This document shows positions 24,293 to 38,012 of a DNA stretch of 64,000 nt, in pieces. The notes under the pieces are model-generated. The model was given only the letters and a program-made list of their open reading frames with translations, was not told the DNA's origin and ran no database searches. How positions within the stretch are numbered: position 1 is the stretch's first letter; each line of letters starts with the position of its first letter. A program made the position numbers and the translations under genes. This DNA is from Vicugna vicugna (taxonomy: Eukaryota): NCBI GenBank assembly GCA_013265495.1, contig MU058444.1:1798001-1862000 (forward strand), written 5' to 3'.

Positions 24293-25324
24293 CCCTCTGC
24301 CCTTTGCTTTGCTAGGAGCACATAAACACCCAATACGTCCTGGACAAGCCGTGGTCCCCAAGAATACCCTTGGGGGTACCCTGCCCACCCAATAGAAGAG
24401 CTGATTGGAGAAGGGGGGTGGGATAATACACTCTAGCGTCCCTCAAGTCACTCTGTATGGGACTGTGATGGTCTCAGACTCTGACTCAGCCCCATCCTGG
24501 CCTGAGGACCACTGCACCCTCCTTCAGCTGTGTGCCATCTGCATTCCTACTCGGACCACTGAGTGCCATCAGCACCCTCCTTCTCCACTTGCTGCTTTTC
24601 CTCCCATCAATCTCTGACTCCACGCCACCCACGCTGTCACTCAGATACATTCCCATTACTGAGGATTTAAATTCAAATTTAAAGTACCATGGCTTCCCTT
24701 GGCTACTGCCAAACATTAGCATATGTTCTCAGTATTTATGAGCCATACCCAGCTGATATTTTTTAAGAAAATTACATTCCATCTGCAAAAACATATGTAT
24801 CCAACTGTGGTGAGATTAGATGTCCCCACATTTATTTTTCTAAGACTTGAGCACATCCAATGGACAGTCTTCTCTGAATGCATCTCATTGTTTCTTTTTT
24901 GGCAGTATCTTGCAAATATCCAATCACCAGGGACAATTACACAGGAACTTTTAAGTCAATTAATAAGTTCTTAGAAAAATATGTACTCTTCCCAAAAGCA
25001 AATTTCTACAAAGGACACAGGAGAGAATATTGCTGCTGCTTTGCATGGCTTTTGCAAAACCAATTATTTCAGAAGACAAATATGTGCCAGTGATAACTTG
25101 TGCTTAAAGAAATGCATGGTCAGTTCAGCATTTGTTGGTTTCCAAGTCACAAAATGAAATCCCGGATTCGTTCTGGGCATTTTCAGATAAGCCTCTGTAT
25201 CAAGGAGCAAAAGCATGACATACTTTCTCACATGAACAACTGGATTCTAACCCAGAGTGTAGGCGTGACCCACGTCACCCCGCCACACACACACAGTGTG
25301 TTTCAAATTCAGCAGTGAAAAAAG

Positions 25325-25485
25325 AATCTTGGAATAACCTATAATGAAAAAGAATATGAAAAAGAATATATGTGTATGTACAACTGAATCACTTTGCTGT
25401 ACACCAGAAACTAACACAACATTGTCAATCAACTACACTTCAATTAAAAACCAAAACCAAAAAAAAGGAAAAAACAGCAAAAAAG
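25325..25485 (+). mobile_element. Short L1 3' tip
   Basis: aacctataatgaaaaagaatatg...gctgtacaccagaaactaacacaacattg plus A-rich tail. Confidence 0.85.
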
Positions 25486-26094
25486 AGAGCTCAAACCAAT
25501 AAGAAGTCTGGTTTAATAGGAGAATATTAGTCAGGAATCTAGACTTAAGCTAACTTATTTTTCATCCTCCCTCTAGAAGCAACTTTAAACTTGACAGAGT
25601 GGTCCTTCTGTAACCATGGACTTAACTCACAAGAAAGTCTTAGGTGGAAATAATGAAAGTTTAAGTGTTGTTATATTATTACAGATACTGTGGACTCTCC
25701 AGGGAGGATTTTTAAGAAAGAAGAAGCAGAAGATAATTTTCTTCCCAAAGAAGCCCCTTTTTAGAGCACAGTTTTGCTTTAAATAATGAAAGAAAGCCTT
25801 CACTGTCTATCTGAAGTCTTCTGGCTTTTGAAATTTCCTTGCCTTATGTTATGGAAAATAAAGAGGTAACTATAACTCCATCACAAATCCAAAGATCGTT
25901 CAATGGTCTTTGAAGATGCACATCTCGGACCTCACCTCCTACCTGCTCACTCTGCCCAGGCCACAATGTCACTCACTTGCACAAACCTGAGAGTAAGTGC
26001 CCCCTTCCATCTTGTACCAAGGGCGCCACTCTTGCCTCATCTCAGGCACAGCCCTGATCCAGAAGCTAATGTGGTGACCAGGGAGATTCATCAC

Positions 26095-26420
26095 TGTATC
26101 AGTCAGGGTAAGCTGGGTTACGCTGCACTAACAAACCAAGCCCAAAATTCTGGAGGGCTTCACTCCACAAAGGATGCTCTCCTGCTCACACCCCGTCCCT
26201 CTGGAACACAAGCTCTCTGATTCCCCGTAGCAGAGGACAAGTATGGACTTTGCCCTGCCCCCACCCAGAGGGGACACAGGTCATCACCCCCTCACAGTTC
26301 ATTATCCAGAACCACAAAAGGACAGCGGGGAACTTGAGGGACGGAGGACCAAGGGAGATGAACCTCGCTGTCCTGCTAAATGCATGTATGTAAGTATCCA
26401 CAACGGAATACAACAGACAC
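26095..26420 (-). mobile_element. Old MaLR (MLT1-type) LTR
   Basis: Terminus tgtatcagtcagggtaagctgggttacgctgcactaacaaac. Confidence 0.6.
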
Positions 26421-26636
26421 AAATTTTCATTATTATTGTATCCAATTCCTCAAACCTAGGTTCTTTCTTATCCCCAGGCTCTCAAACATAATGCTCCTTT
26501 CTGCCTGGTATGTATCCCACCCCCTCAACCCTCAGGTCTTGGCTTAGACAGCATTTCTTCCGAGGACCCTTAAATAACCCTCCTGCCCTCACCCTAGACC
26601 CACCTCCCCTCAACCTAGACCCTCCTCTTTTCCCAC

Positions 26637-26923
26637 AATAATAGTATATAATATAATATAATACAATAAGAGTGAATTATATAATAATATATTATATATT
26701 ATGTTAATATATCAATATTTTGATATCAATATTAAATTAATATCAATAAATTGGTATGATATAATAATATAATATATATTATAGTATGTTGATATATCAT
26801 ATCAATATATTAATATAAATGTTGGCTTAATATTAATATTAATGAATGTGTTGATATGATATATTTATATACCAATATATTAATTAATTGGTATATAATA
26901 TAATGGTAATAAATAATAATTTA
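26637..26923. repeat. AT-rich low-complexity tract with inverted repeats
   Basis: Almost pure A/T; perfect arms 26792-26805/26851-26864 and 26866-26876/26887-26897. Confidence 0.9.
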
Positions 26924-28599
26924 TCATCTACTTGATGCCAGGTACTTCTCACTCAAATCCTTATAATCAGCCAACACGAGGAAGTGGCATCCTCGCCCAA
27001 GCGTCCCTAGAAAACAGCCAAATCGCACGCGCCAGCCCTGTACTCGGAGGACAGTCCCAGGGAAGCGGGAGGGCAAGGACAAGGCAGTGGGGTGCGGAAG
27101 AAGGGGGCCATACACGAAGGTCTCAGGTACAGAGCTGGCTGCGGCTTTGCGACAAGCTGGGTGCTCTCAGGCACGCAGGAGACACTCAGAGAGGCAGAAG
27201 AACACTCTGTCTGAAAAGTCCATCCCATCTCCAGAAGCAGCCTCTCTGCAGGAGCCCAGTTTCTCCATCATGGCCGCAGCCCGGCTCCCTGCCCAAGAGG
27301 AGACGTCGCGCCATCACAGGGACGGCTCCAGCTGGAAAGCAAGGCAAAGACGTGGGTCTGGGGCGGTTCAGGTAGCTGTGACTCACTTCCCGTTTTCAGA
27401 TGGACTCACGAAATATAAAGCTCTGGACGAGATGACACAGCCAGAGAGTAACATAACAGGATGCAAACCAGGAGCGCGGGCCTCGAAGCACGCAGCCCTC
27501 AGTCACGACACCCCCACAAGCATGCAAACTCCCCCAAAGCAAGAACCCTTCGTCCCAGCGCCCGTCACAATGAAGAGCCTGACACCACAGGCATTCAGTG
27601 AACATTTAGTGAGTACAGGAATGAGGTTTAAGTTTAAATTTCAAGGAAGCCTGAGGAAATCGATGAGAAGGAGAAACTACATTTTACTGGGGCGCTCTGG
27701 AAGGTTCCAGAAAGGACACCCGAGCCAAATATTCGGAGGATTTTGAGAAAATCTGACCAAATGGCGTGAAGAATGCAGTGCTACTGCGACGGAGGACAGA
27801 GGGCAGTAGTGGGAAACAAGGCTTAAAAAGGACATTGGAATAAAATTGCGGAAGCTTTGCCTCCTTCAAGGTGGACAAGATGCCTAAGTCGGAGAGAAGT
27901 TCAGAACTGTGTGTATTTCCAAAGAAAGTCCGTGTGTGGCGATGTCCGCAGCCATGGAAACCGAGAGCGTGCCCCAGGAGATCGCCACACCGTGGTTCCA
28001 CTAAGCCGTGTCTTACTCGGTCTTCCAGGAACCCGCCATCGTTTGCTCTGTTCTAGGCAAATGTCCATTTTCCTTCTTGTTGTTCCCCAAGTTTCTGCGG
28101 CTTAAGATGAAGCTGTGTTCTTGCTTTCCATCAGGAGAAATGGAAAACAGCTGCTTAACCATTCTCTGTATTATAAGCTTTACACAATTCAGGCAGTTAT
28201 TTTAACATGTTCCTGACATTTGATCATTAACCTAGCACACAGCATGAGTGATACTCTAAGAAATCTGAGAACAAATGATAACGTTGGCTTTATAAAGAGA
28301 ATCACATGCACGCACGCACGCACACACACAAAGATTTTTAATAATCTATAAAGGATGAAATTGTTTCCTTTATGGGACTACTCCTCCACTTCTAATGTTT
28401 TCCTTGTGATACATAAAGTATTGTCTTTATGATAAATAAATTCTCTCTGGAACTGATTATCACACACGTGGGAAGCAAACCACAGAAATAAATTTTTACT
28501 CAGGAGCATGAACATCCCAGAAAGATCCACAAGTCTCATACTGCTTCCATTTGTATTTGCATTTCCATTTGGTTAACGTCCTCTTGCATCCATAGGAGC

Positions 28600-29140
28600 A
28601 ACACCTGTAGAATAACCACAAGTCATCCGTCCACCACTCTCTCCTGACCCCGCTCCTTCGCGCGGACTTCAGCATCTTGACCACCTTGGAAGTCACCTCC
28701 TGGTTTTCCTTCTACCCTTCTGACTGCTTCTTCATCTCCTTGGAATGCTATTCCTGTCCACCAACCATTAAGTATCAGAACTCCTTAAAGATCAACTCTG
28801 GACACTCTCTTTCCACTCGATACTGTCTCCCTAGAAGATTTTGTTCCCAAGACTCATAAAGGTACGTCTTCTCCAAGATCCCTGAAGTCCGTGTAACTAG
28901 CTGCCTGCCTAACATTTCCATCCAACTGCCTGTAGTAGCACGTGGGGCTCCGTGTATCAAAACAGAATTTGTGATAATGAACTCCCAGCTCCTGTTTCTC
29001 CATCTCTCATCCCTGGCCCCTTTACTCACTCCACCTCATCCACCAGAATAGTCTACTTACCATGATCATTACTGTGTTCTGAATACTTCTAATCTATCCA
29101 CGTCTCTCCTACGTGGCCACCATTAACCTCGTCCAAGATA
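28600..29140 (+). mobile_element. L2 LINE fragment
   Basis: ttcagcatcttgaccacc...cctggttttccttctacc...ctgcctgcctaacatttccatcc. Confidence 0.6.
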
Positions 29141-29665
29141 CTGAAACAGGATGTTGAGAAGGACTTTCTTGCTGCCCAGAGGTCATCAGTGACTCTTGAT
29201 GAAGGGGTTCCCTCTACACACGGGGGAAGGAAGGTACTCCTCACAATCCAGGGAGGGAGAGCCTATAAAAGATGCAGAGATGGGAGATGCCTCTGTGAAG
29301 GGGAGGCTGGATGTCGGCTTACACAGGGGCCTTGTGGATTTCCCACTGGGCTTATCTGAGCATGAGGAGAAGACAGTTGGAGTAAGATACGGCTCAGACA
29401 GGGCCGGCAGTGAAAGACAGTCTACAAGCTACTTGGAGGAATAAAGAGCTTGCCGTTTGCCACGGGTCAAGTGGACGTCACACAATGTTTGATGGGGACC
29501 CCAAGCCCAAGACGCTCTGGAGTGGCCTACACTGGGCAGATGCTAAGTGAGGAGTTGGAAGAGGTCATAGCAGGCACACAAGTTCTTCACGAGGAGCCAG
29601 AATGTGGTTGCCTTTCACATGTCGGTCATCAGAGGCTGGTCAGTGTCAGTCCAAGAAGAAGGAGC

Positions 29666-29803
29666 GGGGGGAGGGTGTAGCTCAGTGGTAGAGCGTGCAC
29701 ATCGCATGCACGAGGTCCTGGGTTCAAGCCCCAGTACCTCCATTAAAAATAAATAAACGAATAAATAAATAAGTCTAATTACCTCCCCCAACCGAAAAAA
29801 AAA
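29666..29803 (+). mobile_element. Vic-1-like SINE, long form
   Basis: ggggggagggtgtagctcagtggtagagcg...ggttcaagccccagtacctcc, linker, ctaattacctcccc, A tail; TSD caagaagaagga at 29652-29663 and 29807-29818. Confidence 0.92.
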
Positions 29804-30510
29804 GTGCAAGAAGAAGGACGAACCGGCGACTCAAGAGCTTCAGCGGAAGGACGCTGTCCCCTCCCAACCCACCCCCACCCCACCTGCAGGAGGGTCTGGT
29901 CCAAGGACAGGCAGCGAGGCTCCCCGCCCACTGCAAGGTGGGTCTAAGGTCTAGTTCAAAAACATTTGTTATATAAATGAGTGCAGGGGTATCACAATTC
30001 CAAGTCCCCTTACTTGATGAAGACAGATAACGCCATCTTCATGCCATGGGCAGGAGGCCTATTTCCACCTGCATCATTTATTCCATCTCTTTATGGACTT
30101 CGGGCAGGTGCACAGCGTTCTTCTGAACTTTTTCACTCGACTTGCTGATGGCCACATTTTAAGAAACAGTCCCCTCCTAGACGGTCGGAGAACATGAAGT
30201 AAAATGACTGATGCTACCTGGAGTCTTACACTTTAAAGCCTTTGAAGGAAGAAAATTAAAGCCCATCTGCCAATGAGAAGGAAAATGAAGCGAACACCTA
30301 CAACTAAAGCTTCATTAAAGACTGGACTTTACAAGAAAGGCTGAAAGAGTATTTCTCTAGGAGTCACAGAAGCCTTTCTCCCAGAGTTTTTCACGGGGCT
30401 GTTTTACCCTGGGTCACCGAGAGTCTTTACACGCCTGAGGTCTGACAAAGCAAGCAACACAATTCTGATTCATAGCTTCACTAATGCGGATAATACAAGA
30501 CATGGTAAAC

Positions 30511-31311
30511 GTCAGAATGGCCATCATCAAACAGTCCACATATGATAAACGCTGGAGAGGGTGTGGAGAAAAGGGAACCCTCCTGCACTGCTGGTGGGAA
30601 TGCAGTTTGGTGCAGCCACTGTGGAGAACAGTATGGAGATTCCTTAAAAAACTAAAAATAGACTTAACATATGATCCAGCAATCACACTCTTGGGCATAT
30701 ATCCAGAGGGAACCTTAATGCAAAAATATGCATGCACCCCAATGCTCATAGCAGCACTATTTACAATATCCAAAACACGGAAACAACCTAAATGTCCACC
30801 AACAGATGAGTGGATAAAGAAGTTGTGGTATATTTATACAGTGGAATACTACTCAGCCATAAAAAATAATGCCATTTGCAGCAACATGGATGGACCTGAG
30901 ATTGTCAAAGTGAAGTCAGCCAGAAAGAGAAAGAAAAATGCCATATGCTATCACTCATATGTGGAATCTAAAAAAAAAAAAGACACAAATGAGCTTATAT
31001 ACAAAACAGAAACAGACTCACAGACATAGAGAACACACTTACGGTTACCAGAGGGGAAAGGGGGTGGGAAGGGATAAACTGGGAGTTTGAGATTTGCAAA
31101 TGCTAACTACTATATATAGACTAGATAAGCAACACATTTCTACTGCACAGCACAGGGAGCTATATTGAATCTCTTGGAGTAACCTATAATGAAAAAGAAT
31201 CTGAAAAGGAATATATGTCTGTATAAATGTGACTCAAACTTTATGCTGTGCACCAGAAATCGACCCAACACTGTAAACTGACTATACTTTAATTTTTTTA
31301 ATTAAAAAAAA
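30511..31311 (+). mobile_element. 5'-truncated L1 (ORF2 C-terminus, 3' UTR, poly(A))
   Basis: ORF 30484-31029 has [27 protein letters not shown] aagacatggt at 30497-30506 and 31312-31321. Confidence 0.95.
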
Positions 31312-31487
31312 AAGACATGGTGTATTAGTCAATGCTATCTTAGGTCATGGTTCTCCTTGCCGCCAAAAATCAAAGTGAAAGTAAAATCCCAAACTCCGTA
31401 AGAGAGAAGTCAGCTTCCTAAGTGTCATGAGCATCTAATCCGAAATTAGAAAATGTCACCTTCTTAGAAAGTGCTGAACATTCTGGG

Positions 31488-31712
31488 TAAACCCCAACCC
31501 ATGGACCAAATCTGGGCTGCTGCCTGTGTTTACAAATAAACCTTTATTGGACACAGCCCCCAAGATGGGGTTTACATAGCATCTACAGACGCTTTCCCAC
31601 GGAAAGAGCACAGCTGAGCAGTGATAACTGACAGACACTGCGTGGCCTGCGAAGCTTGAAAGATTTAGTACCTGGTGTTTAACAGAAAATGTTACTGACT
31701 TCTGCTCCAGTG
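31488..31712 (-). mobile_element. MER58A-like hAT MITE
   Basis: ccatggaccaaatctgggctgctgcctgtgtttacaaataaacctttattggacacagcc...tggcctgcgaagc...acagaaaatgttactgacttctg. Confidence 0.8.
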
Positions 31713-31789
31713 GCAAAGCAAAATCTCGCTATGCCAGAGCGGCTGCTCTCCTTTGAAAGAAAATATACTTGAACCTTTTCTGTAGGGCT

Positions 31790-32410
31790 CATGTAGATAC
31801 ACACATACATACATGCACATATACATACACACAGAGATGATACACAGTACATACGTAGATCCATGGATGACAGATACACAATACATACTAGGTGGTAGAC
31901 ACATGCACACATACCTACTGCATATGTGCACACAATACATGTATCTGTACACATACGTGTATACATGCATATACACATACATACATAGGTCATACTTGCA
32001 TATACACATAGACAGATGATTTACAGATGGATGGATGGATGGATATATAGATATACAGGATGGATGGATGGATGGATAGATAGATACACAGCATGGATGG
32101 ATGGATGGATGGGTGGGTGGATGGATGAATGGATAAGTAGGTAGGTGGATGAATGGATAGGTGGATAGGTAGGTAGGTAGATGGATGGATGGATGGATGC
32201 GTGAATGGATAGATAATAGATAGACAGATAGATATACAGGATGGATGGATGGTTGGGTGGATGGATGGATGATAGATAGGTATATAGACAGACAGACAGA
32301 CAGATAGATATACAGGATGGATGGATGGATGGATGGATGGATGGATGGAAGGATGGATAGATTGATGGATGGATGGACAGGTAAGTGGATGGATGGATAC
32401 AAACAGATAT
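31790..32410. repeat. Compound degenerate microsatellite (CATA)n then (GGAT)n/(GATA)n
   Basis: Directly visible simple repeats. Confidence 0.95.
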
Positions 32411-32934
32411 AGGGAATTTCTACCCACATGTAACATTTTCATTTACAGTATCTAACAGAAATGAATAAAAGACAGCGCTTTACTAGACTCATTTTAAGTA
32501 TCATCCTTAAAGAATGTATTTGATGGAGGTTACCTACCTCAAACTATGTCCAAGGAAGGGAAATTATTTCACCACCCTCCTCCTGGGTGAAGTTAACTTT
32601 AGTAGTTCCCACTGATTCAGTCGTGTCTATCTATTTTCCATAGCACACAGCTAAGGCCTGAAAGTATCTACTTTATTTTAAAATCCCACTAACTTAAACT
32701 TGACTTCAGTCTAAGAAACAGATTATGAGTGTCTTCTTCAACTTCTCTTCCAAACAGGGGTTTAGATCAGCAGTCCTGGTTCTCAACTGGGCACACATTC
32801 ACACACACACAAATCTTTTATCCTTCACATCACCTGAAGTACAAAGGAGTTATGAAAGCTATGCACTGACATTCAAAATAATAATAATCATAATCATAAT
32901 AGCCAATGCTGACTGAGCGCTGACAATGGGCCAG

Positions 32935-33285
32935 TGTGGCAAGAGCAGACTGTCTAGGTCTCCATCAAAGCTGCTCTCCCCTCTTGGTAGGGGTACAGCC
33001 TGAGTTCTAGCCAACAGACTCATCCTGGTCCAGAGAAAACCCCTCCCTCTTTCCCTTTTCACTGATTTGCTGGAGACGAGCCCAGCAACCCAGGAAACCA
33101 CTATCGGAGAGGGGAGAACCCCAAGATGGAAGAAACTTGGATCCCCAGTCACATTTGGGAACACAGCCCCCCTGCCCATCGAACTTCCCTGTTTCGGGCT
33201 TCAGGTGAGTGAGGAAATGAGCCTCTGTGAGATGCAGCCCGTCATTCACTTGGAGACTTGTTTGTTACAACTGACCAGCACAGTA
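32935..33285 (+). mobile_element. Old MaLR (MLT1-type) LTR
   Basis: 3' part gtgagtgaggaaatgagcctctgtg...ttggagacttgtttgttacaac. Confidence 0.55.
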
Positions 33286-34131
33286 AGTTATAAAATATGC
33301 TCATGCCTGTAGATACTTTCCAACTGTGTAGCAGACTTTTTTAAATGTCCTGAAACTCCTTGATCTTAGAAACCCACGTACCACTTTGTATCACCTTTGG
33401 GGTGAGTCATTTCAGACATTAAATGTCCTCGTTAAAACTAGAGAATGCTATGTGCCAGATAAGCACAGGAACTAAAGCAATGCCAATAGTGGTTTGTGGA
33501 TTCAGACAGGATGTGAAGCCAATAACCATTTGTGAATTCAGATGATAAGATGTGAAGGTGCTGACAAGGCACAGACGTACTTAAAACCTGACAAGGAAAT
33601 GGTGTTTGTACTAGTTGTACGAAGGCAACAGGGACCCCACTGAAATTATTCTGTTAATTCTCATGTTTTTAAGTCATTCTGGTTGACAGGAAAGGCCTCT
33701 GGAGCATCTCTTAATTTGTAGGCACACGAAATAATAATACTGTTCAAAGTGGCAAATTATGTCCTCCAAATCTGGGCTTTATTTCACAACAATTGGGACA
33801 CTTTGTGTCGCTTAGATTGCAGTTTTCTCTTGCACATTTTCCATTTGGCCAACACAGTATTAAACAAGCGCCAGCAGCTGTCACCTTCCCTCCCCCGTAA
33901 GCGTTCTTACCGACCCCATCCTCCCCACGGAGCGTGAAGTCCGCCTCACAGTGCATGTGAATAGGCTACAATAAATGGGGCGACGGTCGGAAAATCCTGA
34001 AATAACCGCTAGGGGTCACCCTTCGTGATCCCAAGAAGCATCCCGGCCGACTTGGGCCCAGGGAGACGCCAAAGGGAGCAGGAGCTTTGATGGGAGGAGG
34101 GGTGCAAAGGAAGAGAAAGAAGCCCAGTTGC

Positions 34132-35076
34132 TTTAATTGCAGTATAGTTGAGTTACAATGCTGTGTTAGTTTCCGCTGTGCAGCACAGTGATTCAGTTAT
34201 ACATACATACATACATATTCTTTTTCAGATTCTTTTTTATTATAGGTTATTACACAATACTGAACACAGTTCCCTGTGCTATACTATAGGTCCTTATTGT
34301 TTATCTATTTTATATATAGTAGTTTGTATCTGCTAATCCCAAACTCCTAATTTATCCCTCCCCGCTTTCCCCTTGGTAACCATAAGTTTGTTTTCTATGT
34401 CTGTGAGTCTCTTTCTGGTTTGTAAATAAGTTCATTCGTGTCTTTTTTTTAGATTCCACATATGATTGACATCACATGATATTTGTCTTTCTCTGTCTGA
34501 CTTACTTTACTTAATATGATAATCTCTAGGTCCGTCCATGTAATATGTAAATGGCATTATTTCATTCTTTTTTATGTCTGAGTAGTGTTCCATTGTATAA
34601 ATATACCACCTCTTCTTTATCCAGTCATCTGTCAGTGGATATTTAGGCTGCTTCCATGTCTTGGCCATTGGAAATAGTGCTGCCATGAACATTGAGGTGC
34701 ATGTATCTTTTTGAATTAGAGTTTTCTGTGGATATATGCTGAAGAATAGGATTTCTGGACCATATGGTAAGTCTATTTTTAGTTTTTTAAGGAATCTCCA
34801 TACTGTTTTCCATAACAGCTACACCAATGTACATTTCCACCAACAGTGTAGGAGGGTTCCCTTTTCTCCGCACCCTCTCCAGCGTTTATTATTTGTAGAC
34901 TTCTTAATGATGGCCATTCTGACCAGTTTGAGTGATACCTTGTAGTTTTGATTTGCATTTCTCTTTAGTAAATATTAGTAATTGGCAATGTTGAGCATCC
35001 TTTCATGTGCCTGTTGACCATCTGTATGTCTTTTTAGTGAAATGTCTGTTTGGGTCTTTTGTCTACTTTTTGATTG
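34132..35076 (-). mobile_element. 5'-truncated L1
   Basis: Reverse L1 3' UTR and ORF2 end; flanking direct repeat gaagcccagt at 34119-34128 and 35077-35086. Confidence 0.93.
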
Positions 35077-36144
35077 GAAGCCCAGTCTTCTAAGTTCATC
35101 CCTCCTTGTCCTCCTTTCAGGGTTTGCTGCCCACGAGGAGCCTATACATTCTGCACCCCACAATCCCCACAATGGGTCAAATTCCTGATCACGGCAGGAG
35201 AGGCTCCCCTCTCGCGGCCCCCTTTCCCCTTCCTCCAGATATGCACAGTGTAAAATATACACACTGTGCACGCACACTGCATTGTACACTTTACAAGAAC
35301 AGTGAAAAGCAGGGCACATTTTACAACAATCCAGATGAAGAAATGAGGCTGGGGGTTGGTGGCACCACTGCTCCAACCTCCACAGACCTCCCTAAACACG
35401 CCAAGAGGGAAATGATATCCTCTGATTTCCCGGTCCTTGGAGAGACAGTGCTCGCGCAGGGAAGCAGAGTTGCTCAGCCCCGAGCCAGGAACGAGTGGCA
35501 GCAGGATGAGGCTGGAGTGGATTCCGGGGCTTGTTTGCAGCCCTGCTGGCTGCTGACGCCCCAGCCAGGCCCCTGCGGTTCCTGGAATCGCCGACAGCAG
35601 CAGCAGGGGCCAGGAGCATCTCTCTTTTGGCAGGAGGCAGCGGCCACTCCCCTCCCATGCAGCCTCGGGAGACCCATTCATTCCCATTGCCAGGTTTGAT
35701 AACTCCAGGCTTGTGCAGGAAGAGCACTGGAAATATTCATGGGTGACTCAGAAACCTCAGGTGCAAAATAAAAGCTGCGTTCATTTCCTTGCTTAGAAAA
35801 TCAGATGGAGTTCTCTCTCCTCTCTCTCAGTTCATGCTGGTAGACGAAGCTGTCTGCGAGCAGGCAAGACAGCAAGGGATATTCACAGGAATGACAAGCC
35901 GTCCTCTCTTCCCTGCCCACCAGGGCCCAGAGCATGGCGTTCCGCTGTCTGAGCCAGGTGACAGTTCTCCCGCTGTCTCTGAGGCCTCCAGCCGCTTCCA
36001 TGGACCGAAATTAACGTTTAGCAGCAGTGAAAGGAAACACAACCTGAAAAATCACCCATCCCCTCAGTGGTTCACCTGGGCGCCCCTTCCCTCCTCCCTC
36101 CTCTCCCCACCCCCAGCTCCTGTCCATCTCTCTTTGTTATAGAC

Positions 36145-36516
36145 CAACACACACACATACACTCACACACACACACACAGTCACACACATGCACACACTC
36201 ACATACACAGACACTCACGTATACACTCATATGCATACACACACTCACAAGCATGCACACTCACATACATACACTCACACACATATACAGACACACACAT
36301 GCATAGACTCACATACACAAAGATACACACATATACACACACGTAGACATTGACACACATGCATACAGACTCACATACACATAGACACTCATACACACTC
36401 ATATATACACATTCACATACACACATAGACACTCGCATACACACTCATATATATACACACACAATTACACACTCATACAAACTCACACGTATATACACAC
36501 ATACACACACTCACAC
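36145..36516. repeat. Degenerate (CA)n tract
   Basis: Directly visible. Confidence 0.95.
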
Positions 36517-37261
36517 TGTAGGTGACATGCAAATGGTTATCACCTTCCACTACACACATTATCTTCCAAATAATCTGTTTACTAACCAGATTTACTAACT
36601 AAGCCGTGAGTTCCTTGTCTGTCTTCTATTTACTTAACCACCTTTTCATGGATCACGGAATATTGATTTATTCCGTGTCCAGTACACGCCAAGCACTCAG
36701 CCAAGTCATCTGATCTCAACTGGACACACCTTCGCTGTGGGGCTCACTTACAAATACTCTCATTAACATCACAGGGATTGACTAAGCTCTCCAGAGATAA
36801 ATCGGAATCAGTGGCGCGGGACCAGGTTTTTAGGCTCCGTTCTTCCGTCCAAGTGTCTCCACACTTCTCCAAATTTCTGATGTGATTGTGGATTCTCCAG
36901 CACAGTTTAATGCATTGCACTGTAACTGCTCCTTTCAGAGCCTCCAGTTTCTGCCCAGAACTGAACAGGTCACCGGAGATGAAAAGCGGACTGGAGACCA
37001 TCCCTGCCCTGGAAGGACTCCGCATTCCAGGAGGTAACTATGATATGCTGAATGAAGCCCAGACAAAGGCTACGGGTATCTTGGGAAGGAGGCTACAAAC
37101 CCTTGCAGATTGCACACTGCGTGAGCAGGCCAGGACTTAATGCATATGAGAGAGGCGGTATTATCTTCATTCTAGAGGGGCAGCAACTGAGGCTCGGAGG
37201 GGTGAAATCACTTCCCCCGTCTGTCTGATTCCAAATAAATTTCACTCCGCCGCCCCATATT

Positions 37262-37402
37262 TCCTCTCCCAGCATCCCCGTGGCTCAGCATCCCTGCCCG
37301 CCCCGTACTTTCTCTCCCAGCATCCTCGTGGCTCAGCATCCCTGCCCGCCCCGTACTTTCTCTCCCAGCATCCTCATAGCTAAGCATCCTTGCCCTCTGC
37401 GT
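37262..37402 (+). repeat. Tandem repeat, about 3 copies of 48 bp
   Basis: ctctcccagcatcc(c/t)cgtggctcagcatccctgcccgccccgtacttt repeated; 16-aa periodicity in the overlapping ORFs. Confidence 0.92.
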
Positions 37403-37847
37403 TCCTGGCAACTTTCAGTTGGGAAGACTTCAGATGCAGGACCACTGCCTGGCGTGATGGGTCCAACAGCAAGAAAGCAAATGGGAGCCTTTTTATGTCT
37501 TTGAAGATAGCTTCCTTTTCATGGACAATGACAATGGTAAATAACAGTGATAAAGTTACACTTTACGAGGCCATTTCACATTTAATGCCCACTGTGGCAA
37601 CGCTGTGGGAGGGCACTCGGGAAGTTTTTTTTTTTTTAATTAGTTTGGTAATGAGAAAAAGCAAGAGAGAAACTCCACCCCCAACCACCACCATTATCCT
37701 CATCAGCCCAAACAAGCACTCACATGATCTGAACTTCAAAAATACTTTCAGAATTTTATAAAAATGAAATGTCCAATTCTGCTGATTTCTTCCTCATCAC
37801 GGACAGTGAATGTTTTACCATTGTGGCACTAAGTTATCCATGTCCTT

Positions 37848-38012
37848 TTTTTTATACAGATAATTTATTTTGGAGGGGGTAATTAGGTTTCTTTCTCTTT
37901 CTTTCCTTTTTCCTTCCTTCCTTCCTTCCTTCCTTCCTTCCTTACTGGGGATGGAACCCAGGACCTCGTGCATGCTAGGCATGCTCTCTACCACTGAGCT
38001 AAACCCACCCCT
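37848..38012 (-). mobile_element. Vic-1-like SINE, long form, with (CCTT)n in the linker
   Basis: ggaggggtaattagg module, (cctt)n, reverse tRNA head; TSD ccatgtcctt at 37838-37847 and 38014-38023. Confidence 0.88.

Noticed and set aside
27087..27746. 219-aa ORF in a mildly CpG-rich patch
   Set aside because: Non-ATG start, no recognisable domain, and part of it overlaps MIR-like sequence.
30484..31029. 181-aa ORF with a Cys/His motif (also 39269-39778)
   Set aside because: L1 ORF2 C-terminus from truncated copies, not a host gene.
31679..32442. 245-aa and 150-aa ORFs
   Set aside because: Translations of (GGAT)n/(CATA)n microsatellite.
36067..36598. His/Thr- and Cys/Val-rich ORFs
   Set aside because: Translations of a degenerate (CA)n tract.
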